Origin: Acidobacteriota bacterium
Lineage (GTDB): Bacteria; Acidobacteriota; UBA6911; RPQK01; JAJDTT01
Assembly: GCA_965209055.1 (NCBI GenBank)
Contig: OZ242374.1
Span: 2,176,001-2,240,000 of the forward strand
Length of the DNA stretch: 64,000 nucleotides
Direction: 5' to 3'
Each line of letters starts with the position of its first letter. The first letter of the stretch is position 1. Shown in pieces: positions 55,395 to 64,000 of the stretch. A program made the position numbers and the translations under genes. The notes beneath the pieces are model-generated. The model did no database searches. It had not been told where the DNA came from and saw only the letters and a list, made by a program, of their open reading frames with translations.

Positions 55395-57131
55395 TCAGTC
55401 GGAATGCGGAGCTTGTTCGATTGCCTGTTCTTGTCGAGTGGGTCCCGCAGCGCCACCGCCGGGACGGGATGAGTATGACCTGCCGCGCACCTCTCGTCCC
55501 TTGAGGCGAAGAGGTTCGAGCTCCGCCCCCTCCTTTAGACGGTAGTGAAGATTGGCCGCGACTCCGTCAAAGGTCTGTACCGCGCCGCTACGCCAACGGA
55601 CGATCAGCTTCTTCGCCTCCGCCAACTCTCCCAGGCCGAAGTGAAGGCGGAAGTCGTTGGTGGCCTGGTAGCTGGATCCCCCCTGGACCTCCTGCAACTG
55701 GCTCCAGTCCCCGGCCTGAAGGATCACCCGGGTGCCGATGGCGCTCCGGTTTGAGGGTTGTCCCTCCAGTGCCAGGTTCAGCCAGTGTCCGGCGCCTCCC
55801 GCGCCCTCGTTGCGGTAAAGGGAGGCGCGTTCGTCCAGGTTGTTGACGGCCACGTCCAGGTCGCCGTCATTGTCGAAATCGGCGAAGGCCGCTCCCCGGC
55901 TGGACCAGGGCCGGGAGAGGTCCTCGCCCCATTCCCCGGCCGTCTCCCGGAATTTCCCGTTCCCCTGATTCCGAAAGAGGAGCTTGCGCTGGGCGAAGCG
56001 GGTGCCCGTCTCGTAGCCGTCCACCTGCGGATAGATGTGCCCGTTGGAAACGAACAGATCCAGCCAGCCGTCGTTGTCCAGATCGGCGAATTGGACTCCC
56101 CAGCCGAGGAACTGCCAACTGGGGAAGGCCACTTCCGCAGCGTAGGTGACGTCTCGAAACAGCCGTCCTCTCCGGTTGCGGTAAAGGGTGTGGTAATCGT
56201 CCGAGAAATTGGTCACATAGAGATCCAGAAAGCCGTCCCGGTCATAATCGCCGAAGGCCACTCCCATGCCCGCCTGCTCCCGGCCGTCCTGGTTGTAGGC
56301 GACTCCTCCCAGCGCCGCTACCTCCAGGAAACGTCCGTCCCCCCGGTTTTGGAACAGGAAGTTGGCCATGGAGTCGTTGGCCACGTAGAGGTCCGGGTCG
56401 CCGTCGTTGTCGTAGTCGCCCCAGACGGCTCCGAGGCCGTAGGCGGGAGTCACCGCCAGGCCCGCCTCGGAAGTCACTTGGGTGAAGGTCCCGTCGCCGC
56501 GGTTTCGGTAGAGCGCGTCGGGGGCGGCGGTCATCTCTTTGGGGCCGCAGTGGACCGTGATCCCCCGGTAGTTGCACTCGGGCGGGCGCGGGGAATGGGG
56601 ATCGAATACCACATAGTTGGTGACGTAAAGGTCGATCCACCCGTCCCCGTCGTAGTCGCTGAAGGCGGCCGACGAGCTCCAGCGGGAATTCCCGGCGCCG
56701 CTCGTGGCGGTGACGTCGGTGAAGGTGCCATCGCCGTTGTTTCTATAGAGGATGTTGGGACCGAAGTTGCACAGGTAGAGGTCGGGCCAGCCGTCGTTGT
56801 CCACGTCGCCCACCGCGGCTCCCATGCCCCAGTGGGGACTGGTCAGGCCGGATCCGGCAGTGACGTCGGCGAAGGTGCCGTCGCCGTTGTTGCGGTAGAG
56901 GGCGTTGGAGACGCTCCGCGTGCCGGCCAGCAGCTCGTCCCACTTGCCTCCGTTCACCAGGTAGAGGTCGGGCCAGCCGTCCCGGTCGTAGTCGATCCAG
57001 GCGACCCCGCCACCGATGGTCTCCAGGATGTAATTCTTCTCGGGACCTCCGCTGTGGTGCTGAAAATCGAGGCCCGCCTCAGGGGCGATGTCCAGGAAAC
57101 GGATGCTCAGCAGAAGAAGGAACGGGATCAT
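55395..57131 (-). CDS. CRTAC1-family protein (FG-GAP plus ASPIC/UnbV)
   Basis: ETIGGGVAWIDYDRDGWPDLY, repeated DxDNDG, SRGAAFADFDNDGD, NRSAIG..GSSY..LHFGLG. Confidence 0.93.
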   Translation of the reverse strand: MIPFLLLLSIRFLDIAPEAGLDFQHHSGGPEKNYILETIGGGVAWIDYDRDGWPDLYLVNGGKWDELLAGTRSVSNALYRNNGDGTFADVTAGSGLTSPHWGMGAAVGDVDNDGWPDLYLCNFGPNILYRNNGDGTFTDVTATSGAGNSRWSSSAAFSDYDGDGWIDLYVTNYVVFDPHSPRPPECNYRGITVHCGPKEMTAAPDALYRNRGDGTFTQVTSEAGLAVTPAYGLGAVWGDYDNDGDPDLYVANDSMANFLFQNRGDGRFLEVAALGGVAYNQDGREQAGMGVAFGDYDRDGFLDLYVTNFSDDYHTLYRNRRGRLFRDVTYAAEVAFPSWQFLGWGVQFADLDNDGWLDLFVSNGHIYPQVDGYETGTRFAQRKLLFRNQGNGKFRETAGEWGEDLSRPWSSRGAAFADFDNDGDLDVAVNNLDERASLYRNEGAGGAGHWLNLALEGQPSNRSAIGTRVILQAGDWSQLQEVQGGSSYQATNDFRLHFGLGELAEAKKLIVRWRSGAVQTFDGVAANLHYRLKEGAELEPLRLKGREVRGRSYSSRPGGGAAGPTRQEQAIEQAPHSD

Positions 57132-57159
57132 GAGTGACCATATGGTTCCCCAGGAAAAC

Positions 57160-57207
57160 CTCAGTGTCGAGTGCTGCCGGTCGGCCGCCCGCATCGACCG
57201 GAATCAA
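57160..57207 (-). pseudogene. Remnant of a PIN/VapC toxin
   Basis: AAGGAGG RBS, TTGA overlap with the antitoxin stop, (M)IPVDAG then frameshifted AADRQHS, and nothing further. Confidence 0.55.
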
Positions 57208-57452
57208 GAGCCGCCTCCTTTTCGCTGCAGCAGGGATTCGGCGAACGCGCGTCCCGATCTCCGGGCGCGTTCACCTTTGCTCTGAATGGTTCCGGCGACA
57301 TCGATCACCCTTGCATCAAGCCGGTCTCCCAGGATGGAACGGCAACGATCCTGCACCGCCCGGCGGATGATGCTGGAGACCGATTCACCGCTGATTCGTG
57401 CCGCCTCTTCAAGTTCGGATTCCATCTGTTCACTTAGTCGCACGCGCTTCAT
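57204..57452 (-). CDS. CopG/ribbon-helix-helix antitoxin-like protein
   Basis: VRLSEQMESELEEAARISGESVSSIIRRAV RHH pattern. Confidence 0.8.
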   Translation of the reverse strand: MKRVRLSEQMESELEEAARISGESVSSIIRRAVQDRCRSILGDRLDARVIDVAGTIQSKGERARRSGRAFAESLLQRKGGGS

Positions 57453-57627
57453 CTTTTCCCTTTTGTTTCACAATAATGGGGAAAGTCCCGAACCGGAAGC
57501 CCATTGACCCCGGTCCGGGCGACGCAGACAATTGCAGGGATGTCTTTGGGTTGTCCAAAACCCATGCCACTTTCATAATGGACTTCCAGCACTCACCTGA
57601 TAGCCAGAAGTTGATGGAGAAGAAAAA

Positions 57628-59103
57628 ATGACGAAACAGTGGAAGCGCCGGAGTTTTCTCAGCACTGCGGGCCGCGTTGCGGCGGGGTTGGTGATTCTCC
57701 CCAACAGCCGTTCGGTCCGGGGCTACCCGGCCAACGAAAGGCTCAATATCGCCGTTGTCGGCGTCGGCGGCATGGGGGCGTGGAACCTTGCCCACTTCGC
57801 GGGGGAGAACGTGGAGTACTCGACGGGTATGAGGGTCAAGCCGTCGTCACAGCCGAAGATGACCGGAGAGAACATCGTGGCGATCTGCGACACGGACGAG
57901 CGGTCAGCCGGCGAATCGGCTCCCAGGCGCCGGAATCCTCCCGGGCACGCCCTCGCCCGCTATGGACAAGCGAAGAAGTTCAACGACTACCGGCAGATGC
58001 TCGACGAGATGGACCGCGAGATCGACGCCGTGGTGGTGTCTACTCCCGATCACACCCACGCGCCGGCCAGTCTTGCGGCGATGCAGCGCGGCAAGCACGT
58101 CTACAGCGAAAAGCCGGGAGCCATCTCGGTCTACGAAGCCCGCATGCTGGCCAAGCTCGCTGCCGAGAAGAAGGTGGCGACGCAGTTGGGAACCCAGATC
58201 CACGCCTCGGACAACTTCCGCCGCATCGTCGAGCTGGTCCGCGGCGGAGCCATCGGCGCGGTGGAGGAATGCCATATCTATGTCGGCGGGAGACGCAGGA
58301 CGCGCGAACGCCCGACGGAGACGCCGCCCGTCCCCAAAGGGCTTCACTGGGACCTCTTCGTGGGAACGGCGCCTTACCGTCCCTATCATCCCACCTATTC
58401 CCGCGGCTGCGGCGGCAACTGGCAGGGCTGGTGGGATTTCGGCATCGGGGGTCTCGGCAACACCGCCACCCACTACTTCAACCTGGCCTTCTGGGCGCTG
58501 GATCTCCGTTATCCCATCTCGGTGGAGGCCGAGGGGCCGCCACCGCATCCTGAGAGGTCTCCCGAGCAGATCCATGTCCGCTACCGGTTCCCGGCCCGCG
58601 GAGAGATGCCGCCCGTCACCCTGACCTGGACGCGAGGCGATCAACTGCCTCCGGTGGTTGCCGAGAACGACTTCCCCGACTGGGCCTGGGGGGTCTTCGT
58701 GGGCACCGAGGGAATGCTGCTGGTGAATTACCCGCAGCGGATGCTCTGGCCTGCGGACAAGTTCGCCAAATTCCAGCCGCCCAAGCCCAGCATCCCGCCC
58801 TCCATCGGCAAGGAAATCGGCCGTCGTCCCGAGTGGATGGCCGCCTACAAGCATCACGAGGAATGGCGTCGAACGGCCGAGGTGGGCCATCGCGCCGAGT
58901 GGATCGCCGCCTGCAAGACAGGGAGCCCGACGAGCAGCCACTTCGGCTATTCCGGGCCCCTCTCGGAGGCGGTCAACCTGGGCGTTGTGGCCCACCGCAG
59001 CGGCGCCAAACTCGAGTGGGACGCCGAGAACCTGCGGGTGACCAACTCTCCGGAGGCGACCGCGTTGCTGAGACGGGAATACCGGGCCGGTTGGACGTTG
59101 TAA
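57628..59103 (+). CDS. Gfo/Idh/MocA oxidoreductase, Tat signal
   Basis: KRRSFL, VGVGGMG, STPDHTH, YSEKP, TQLGTQ, RREYRAGW. Confidence 0.93.
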   Translation: MTKQWKRRSFLSTAGRVAAGLVILPNSRSVRGYPANERLNIAVVGVGGMGAWNLAHFAGENVEYSTGMRVKPSSQPKMTGENIVAICDTDERSAGESAPRRRNPPGHALARYGQAKKFNDYRQMLDEMDREIDAVVVSTPDHTHAPASLAAMQRGKHVYSEKPGAISVYEARMLAKLAAEKKVATQLGTQIHASDNFRRIVELVRGGAIGAVEECHIYVGGRRRTRERPTETPPVPKGLHWDLFVGTAPYRPYHPTYSRGCGGNWQGWWDFGIGGLGNTATHYFNLAFWALDLRYPISVEAEGPPPHPERSPEQIHVRYRFPARGEMPPVTLTWTRGDQLPPVVAENDFPDWAWGVFVGTEGMLLVNYPQRMLWPADKFAKFQPPKPSIPPSIGKEIGRRPEWMAAYKHHEEWRRTAEVGHRAEWIAACKTGSPTSSHFGYSGPLSEAVNLGVVAHRSGAKLEWDAENLRVTNSPEATALLRREYRAGWTL

Positions 59104-59122
59104 ATCCGATTGAGAATCCGGT

Positions 59123-60646
59123 TCAGCGGAAGCGCAACGAAAAGAGGTCGGCGTCGGTCATGACGAACCTCAGGCGCACAGTCATGCCGGCCAAGCGCCG
59201 GAGTTGGTCCCGATTCCGGCCGCCGGCCCGGCGCCACCGCGCGGTTCCCTCGATTTCGTCTCCCCAGATGGGGATCGAGTCCTGGAGGGAGAAGCCGGCC
59301 AACGGTTTTCCGCCCTCATCCTGGATCTCCACCTGAATGCTTCCCGCCGCCGCCGTGGCGTAGTTCAACACCAGGTTCTTTCCTTGAAAAACCAGGGGCC
59401 GGGTCGTGAACTCGCCGCCGGGATAACCGGCGCTGACCGAGACGAACCCGTCCAGCCTCAGGCTCATCCGCTGCAGGTGGACGCTGGGATAGGTGTAGTG
59501 ACGGGTCACGTACAGCGAGATCTCGTCATCCGCGCTCCGGATGATTCCACGGCCCACGAAGTTGGTCCGGTGGATCCAATTCCGCCGGTCCCGTCCGGGC
59601 CGGATGAAGGCCTCCACGAAACGATGCCAGCGCAGGCCGTCGCGGCTGCTCATGAAGACCCCTTCGGAGAGCCCCGGCCGCTCGGTGGCGCTGGCGTAGT
59701 CGTAGTGTTGGGGACTCCTCCAGGGCACGAACCGCTTGGGAAAAGCCACGTAGATGTGGGGAGCGCGAAAATAGGGGACGGTCGCGTTGGTGTAGAGATG
59801 CTCCTGAGGCGCGTCTCCGTAATCGACCCACGAGCCCTCGGTCCATTCGACGAAGTCCTTCGAGGTGGCGTATTTGAGTGAGCGCACCCCGTGGGCGAAG
59901 TCCCGGTACAGCGCCACGTAGTGTCCCCGGACGCCGTCCCAGAAGGCCACGTTGTGGGAATCGAAATACCCGTCGGTGATGACCGGGTCCCGGGCCATCC
60001 AGGTCCAGCGCACGCCGTCGGAGGACTGGAGGGGAATCAGGCCTCTCTCCTTCGAGTGGGGCGGGGCGCCGGGAACGGTCCGGTAGAAGCCGATCCCCTT
60101 GTAACGGGCCGAATCGGGAGCATCGGGGTTCTCGTCGCGAAAGGGATTGAGCTTGGTGACGCCCCCCAAGTCCAGAATGTTGTTGTCCCGCGAGCCCTGA
60201 AATTCCACTTGGCCCAGAGAGGGCCGGGTCCAGTGAATGCCGTCCCGGCTCTCGGCGTAGCAAGTCACCTTCGGGTGCTGGGGAACGATCTTTTCTCCCG
60301 GAAGCAGTTCCTCCCGGATGATGTAGTCCGGGTGGGCGCTGCCGCGGTAGTACAAGCGATAGATGCCGCCGTCGCGGAAGGCGGCGATATGGCCCGGAGT
60401 GTTTCCCTCCCAGGGCTGGTCGAAGTGGAATACCTTCTCCCGGGGTTGAGGTTGCCCCAGCTCCAGTTCTACGCCGTCCATGACTTCGATGAGATACCGG
60501 TCCACAAAGAGTTCCAGGCGGTTCCCGATGTCCAGGACCTCCGGGGAGCTTTCTTGCGGTTGGGACGCCAGGGCGCCCGTCGGGTCGAGCGCAACGGCGG
60601 CCGCCAGAAATGACCAGAGCAGCGATCGAGTCGAGAGATCCTTCAT
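59123..60646 (-). CDS. Secreted GH32/43-like beta-propeller protein (paralogue 5)
   Basis: ELFVD, YAESRDGIHW, FDSHN, HLYTN, FPKRF, DGFVS, DADLFSLRFR. Confidence 0.85.
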   Translation of the reverse strand: MKDLSTRSLLWSFLAAAVALDPTGALASQPQESSPEVLDIGNRLELFVDRYLIEVMDGVELELGQPQPREKVFHFDQPWEGNTPGHIAAFRDGGIYRLYYRGSAHPDYIIREELLPGEKIVPQHPKVTCYAESRDGIHWTRPSLGQVEFQGSRDNNILDLGGVTKLNPFRDENPDAPDSARYKGIGFYRTVPGAPPHSKERGLIPLQSSDGVRWTWMARDPVITDGYFDSHNVAFWDGVRGHYVALYRDFAHGVRSLKYATSKDFVEWTEGSWVDYGDAPQEHLYTNATVPYFRAPHIYVAFPKRFVPWRSPQHYDYASATERPGLSEGVFMSSRDGLRWHRFVEAFIRPGRDRRNWIHRTNFVGRGIIRSADDEISLYVTRHYTYPSVHLQRMSLRLDGFVSVSAGYPGGEFTTRPLVFQGKNLVLNYATAAAGSIQVEIQDEGGKPLAGFSLQDSIPIWGDEIEGTARWRRAGGRNRDQLRRLAGMTVRLRFVMTDADLFSLRFR

Positions 60647-60707
60647 GATTCGGAATTCTACATGCAGCGCCGCCCTCCTTTCCGTATTCTTTGCCCCGAG
60701 GAACGAG

Positions 60708-62198
60708 ATGATCCGATTCCCGTTTGGTCCCCTCAATTCATTCCGCTACGGGTCCGTCGCCTGCGGAGTCTGGACGGCTGTCTCCGTCATGGCGTTGGCG
60801 TCGGGTCCCTCGTCCGAGCCCATCGATCTGGGTTCCCGCCTGGAGCCCCTGGTGGATCGATTCCTGATCCAGTCATTGGCCGGCGGCGCACGCCTCCAGC
60901 TCCACAAGCCTCAACGGCGGGAAGTGGTCCTGGTGCACGATGCTCCCTGGGAGGGCAACCTCACCGCCCATCACACCCTCTTCCGGGACGGCGGCATCTA
61001 CCGCATGTACTACGGAGGCCGGCACTACCAGCCGGGGCGGAAGGTCCGGCACGTGTTGGTCTGCTATGCCGAGAGCCGGGACGGCATTCACTGGACGCGC
61101 CCCAACCTGGGACAGTTCGAATACGAAGGGTCCCGCGCCAACAACATCGTCTGGATGGACGATCCCTGGGCCGGCTCGGAACAGCGCAATCCCATGGCGG
61201 TCTTCAAGGACACCAGCCCGGACGCCGCGCCCGAAGCCCGGTACAAGTCGATCGCCCGGGGCGACGACGGCGTCTACGCCCTCAAGTCGCCCGACGGCAT
61301 CCACTGGTCCCTTCTGTCCAAGGAGCCGGTGATTCCCAAGGGGGACATGTCCCTCGACTCCCAGAACCTGGCTTTCTGGGACAGCCGGAGGGGCCGCTAC
61401 GTCTGCTATCTCCGAAGCGGGCGCACCCATCCCACGGGACAGCGCGTCCGTGACGTCAAGACCGCCGTCTCCCGCGACTTCCTGATCTGGTCCGAACCGG
61501 TCTTCCTGGAGTATCCGGGAGCGCCGGTGGAGCATCTGTACACCAACCAGATCCGGCCCTACGCTCGCGCTCCCCACATCTATCTGGGGTTCCCCAAACG
61601 GTTCGTTCCCGAAAGAAACCAGGACCGGAAATTCTCGGGAGTTTCGGACGGGGTTTTCATGAGCAGCCGGGACGGCATTCACTTTCGCCGCTGGGGAGAA
61701 GCGATCGTCCGGCCCGGGCTCCAGCCGGAGCGCTGGGTGACCCGCAACAACATGATCGGCTGGGGAATCCTCACACTTCCCTCATCCGTAGCGGGCGAAC
61801 CCGAAGAACTCTCCATCTACGCCACGGAAGGGTATTACTCGGGGCCGGCCAGCCGCCTGCGCCGTTACACCTACCGGCTGGACGGCTTCGTGTCGGTGCA
61901 GGCGCCTCTGGCCGGCGGCGAAATGACCACCCGGCTCATTCGCTTCAGCGGCTCCCGCCTGGTCCTGAACTATTCGACCTCGGCCGCGGGGAGCATCCGG
62001 GTCGAGATCCAGGACGAGACGGGCGGACCCGTTCCCGGATTCTCGCTACAGGATTCCCGGGAAATGTTCGGCGACTCGGTGGAACAGGCCGTGAGCTGGA
62101 AACGGACCAGCGATCTGGGCTCCCTGTCCGGCAGAACGGTGCGCCTTAGATTTCTCCTGAAAGACGCCGATCTCTACGCCCTCCGGTTTCTTCCCTGA
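60708..62198 (+). CDS. Secreted GH32/43-like beta-propeller protein (paralogue 6)
   Basis: YAESRDGIHW, LDSQN, HLYTN, FPKRF, DGFVS, DADLYALRF. Confidence 0.85.
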   Translation: MIRFPFGPLNSFRYGSVACGVWTAVSVMALASGPSSEPIDLGSRLEPLVDRFLIQSLAGGARLQLHKPQRREVVLVHDAPWEGNLTAHHTLFRDGGIYRMYYGGRHYQPGRKVRHVLVCYAESRDGIHWTRPNLGQFEYEGSRANNIVWMDDPWAGSEQRNPMAVFKDTSPDAAPEARYKSIARGDDGVYALKSPDGIHWSLLSKEPVIPKGDMSLDSQNLAFWDSRRGRYVCYLRSGRTHPTGQRVRDVKTAVSRDFLIWSEPVFLEYPGAPVEHLYTNQIRPYARAPHIYLGFPKRFVPERNQDRKFSGVSDGVFMSSRDGIHFRRWGEAIVRPGLQPERWVTRNNMIGWGILTLPSSVAGEPEELSIYATEGYYSGPASRLRRYTYRLDGFVSVQAPLAGGEMTTRLIRFSGSRLVLNYSTSAAGSIRVEIQDETGGPVPGFSLQDSREMFGDSVEQAVSWKRTSDLGSLSGRTVRLRFLLKDADLYALRFLP

Positions 62199-62209
62199 TC
62201 CTGCCTCTT

Positions 62210-63754
62210 TCATTCGACGGGGCCTCCGTCACCGTGCAGGTCCCGGAATTGAAAGGCGTACAGCTTCACGTCCCGGAGCTTCCAGTGGAGGCGCACCGGC
62301 CGTCCCGAAAGGGCCGACACATCCGGTCCCTTCCGCCAAGTCGCGATGCGCCGAACCGAATTCCCGCCCAGCACCTGCGAATCCTCCAGGGAATAGCCCG
62401 GGATCGGTTCCCCTTCCCGGTCCAATAGTGCGATCCGGACCGATCCCCCGGCGCCGGCGTCCATGTTCAACTCGAGACGGTTGCCGTGGAAGCGGATCGG
62501 CCGGGTGACGATCTCTCCCCCCCGGTAGTCGGCGTCGGCGGACACGAAGCCGTCCAGCCTCAGGACCAGCCGGCTGATCACGCCGTTGCCTCCCTGCTCC
62601 AGTGCGTCCCTGTCGCCGTGCGTGTAGTCGAATCCCACGTAGTACATCCACAGTTCGTCGCCTCGACGCAGCATGCCCCGTCCCATGTACATGTGACCGC
62701 TGTCGTAGGAACCGTCCCGGCCTCTTCGCACGAAGGGACTCCGGGAGGGGCGCGAGAAGTGAACCCCGTCGCGGCTCACCGCCAGTTGAATGTCCATGGT
62801 CCCGTCGTTGCGGCGCGCCGACTCGCCCACGAAGTGGTAGTAGGCGCTGGGAAATACGAAATAGGCCCGATCGGCGTACGGGTAGCGGACAGCGGCCGAA
62901 TTGTAGAAGTCGGCGTCCCTGCGGTCCCCCGAGTCCATGGCCAGCACGATCCTGGCGGGAGGCCACCGGTCCAGCCGGTCCGTCGTCATGCGCCAGATCT
63001 TCCGCCCCTTCCTCACGCCGGCGGGGAGGACTGGCCGAGCCAGCGCGCCCCGGGAATCGAAGTGACCGATGGTCTTGGTGTAGGCGACGTATCTTCCGAT
63101 GGCCGGATCCCAGAAGGCCACGTCGTGGGTGTCGCTGATCTGGCGCGTGGCCGGTCTTCCGTACAACGGCTTGAAGCTCAACCCGTCGGCGGAGGCGTAG
63201 ACCCAGGATCCGGCTCCGGCGACCCGGTCCTCAAGCATCGCCACGCGGTTTCTCCCGAAGTACTTGTATCGCTCCTCCGGCGGCGCGTTGGGATCGATGA
63301 ACACGCTCCCTGGGGCCGTTGGGATCGAGATGTTGTTCTGCCTGGAGCCCCGAAACGCGTAGGCGCCGACGATGGGCTTGCGCCAGTTGATGCCGTCGTC
63401 CGACTCGGCGTAGCAGACCGTGCGGTAGGGGAGCTGATCCTCCGGTTGACGGTCGTACATGGCGTCATACCACATCCGGAATTTTCCCTGGTCCTCCATG
63501 ACGGTACAGGGATAGCCCACACGGACTGCTTCCCAGGGACGATCCGGGCCGGGCGCGAGGTTCCGTTCCCGGGTCTTGTGAGGCGGGTTCACGGTCAGCC
63601 GGACACCGTGCCGGGAGGAGACGAACAAGTCGTCGACGAAGAGCTGTTTCTTCGATCCCACGTCGATGACGGTTCCGGCAGGAGAAGGGTTGGCGTAAAG
63701 GGGAAGCGGGTGCAGGAGCAGGAATGGAACCAGGCTGAAGATTGTCCGACTCAT
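62210..63754 (-). CDS. Secreted GH32/43-like beta-propeller protein (paralogue 7)
   Basis: QLFVDD, YAESDDGINW, SDTHD, SRDGVHF, LRLDGFVS, KLYAFQF. Confidence 0.85.
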   Translation of the reverse strand: MSRTIFSLVPFLLLHPLPLYANPSPAGTVIDVGSKKQLFVDDLFVSSRHGVRLTVNPPHKTRERNLAPGPDRPWEAVRVGYPCTVMEDQGKFRMWYDAMYDRQPEDQLPYRTVCYAESDDGINWRKPIVGAYAFRGSRQNNISIPTAPGSVFIDPNAPPEERYKYFGRNRVAMLEDRVAGAGSWVYASADGLSFKPLYGRPATRQISDTHDVAFWDPAIGRYVAYTKTIGHFDSRGALARPVLPAGVRKGRKIWRMTTDRLDRWPPARIVLAMDSGDRRDADFYNSAAVRYPYADRAYFVFPSAYYHFVGESARRNDGTMDIQLAVSRDGVHFSRPSRSPFVRRGRDGSYDSGHMYMGRGMLRRGDELWMYYVGFDYTHGDRDALEQGGNGVISRLVLRLDGFVSADADYRGGEIVTRPIRFHGNRLELNMDAGAGGSVRIALLDREGEPIPGYSLEDSQVLGGNSVRRIATWRKGPDVSALSGRPVRLHWKLRDVKLYAFQFRDLHGDGGPVE

Positions 63755-63832
63755 CGCTTCGCTCGTACGGACTCCTTGAGGCCCTTGGCGGGAGACGCCG
63801 TCCAGTGTACCGTTCGGACCGGGATCCTGCCC

Positions 63833-64000
63833 ATGAGTTTAGAGCCTCGATCCAGTCCTAAGCGCCCCGGCTCCGCCAGGAGCCGGTCTCGCCGGGAGGT
63901 CTTGAAGACGGCCGCAGCCTTGACCGGCGCCGCGGTGGGGGCCCCGTCGCTGCTCCGGGGCCGGGAGAGACGGCCCAACGTGCTGCTCATCATCGCCGAC
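63833..64000 (+). CDS. Tat-exported sulfatase, N-terminus only (runs off the window)
   Basis: SRREVLK twin-arginine signal followed by RPNVLLIIAD. Confidence 0.8.
   Translation, partial: MSLEPRSSPKRPGSARSRSRREVLKTAAALTGAAVGAPSLLRGRERRPNVLLIIAD

Overview
GC-rich bacterial chromosomal DNA. The host is probably Acidobacteriota (inferred from the amidase-GerMN-rph-rdgB block, a CRTAC1/ASPIC protein, a carboxypeptidase-domain TonB receptor and many Tat-exported enzymes). Most of the window is glycan and sulfate catabolism: two sulfatases, a BNR sialidase, a GHL10-like TIM barrel, Gfo/Idh/MocA oxidoreductases, an SSS transporter and seven paralogues of one uncharacterised GH32/43-like beta-propeller family. 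It also holds a TonB/PepSY/Kelch uptake operon behind a Fur-box-like palindrome, and housekeeping genes (lpxC, amidase, rph, rdgB, queC, ThiF/MoeB). The most striking structure is a nested mobile locus at 10.6-24.8 kb. A 13.2-kb tyrosine-integrase island (type I R-M, XRE-ImmA/IrrE plus DUF4411, unknown ORFs, a large branched hairpin) is bounded by a 10-bp core GGATTTCCTA and by repeated arm-like sites. Rejoining its flanks rebuilds a REP-like palindrome, so the integrase appears to use REP hairpins as attB. That REP is itself part of an outer GTAG-REP-bounded vapBC cassette flanked by a 51-bp imperfect duplication of the 3' end of a beta-propeller gene. No rRNA, tRNA or CRISPR array was found. 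All family calls come from motif recognition by eye; no database search was run.
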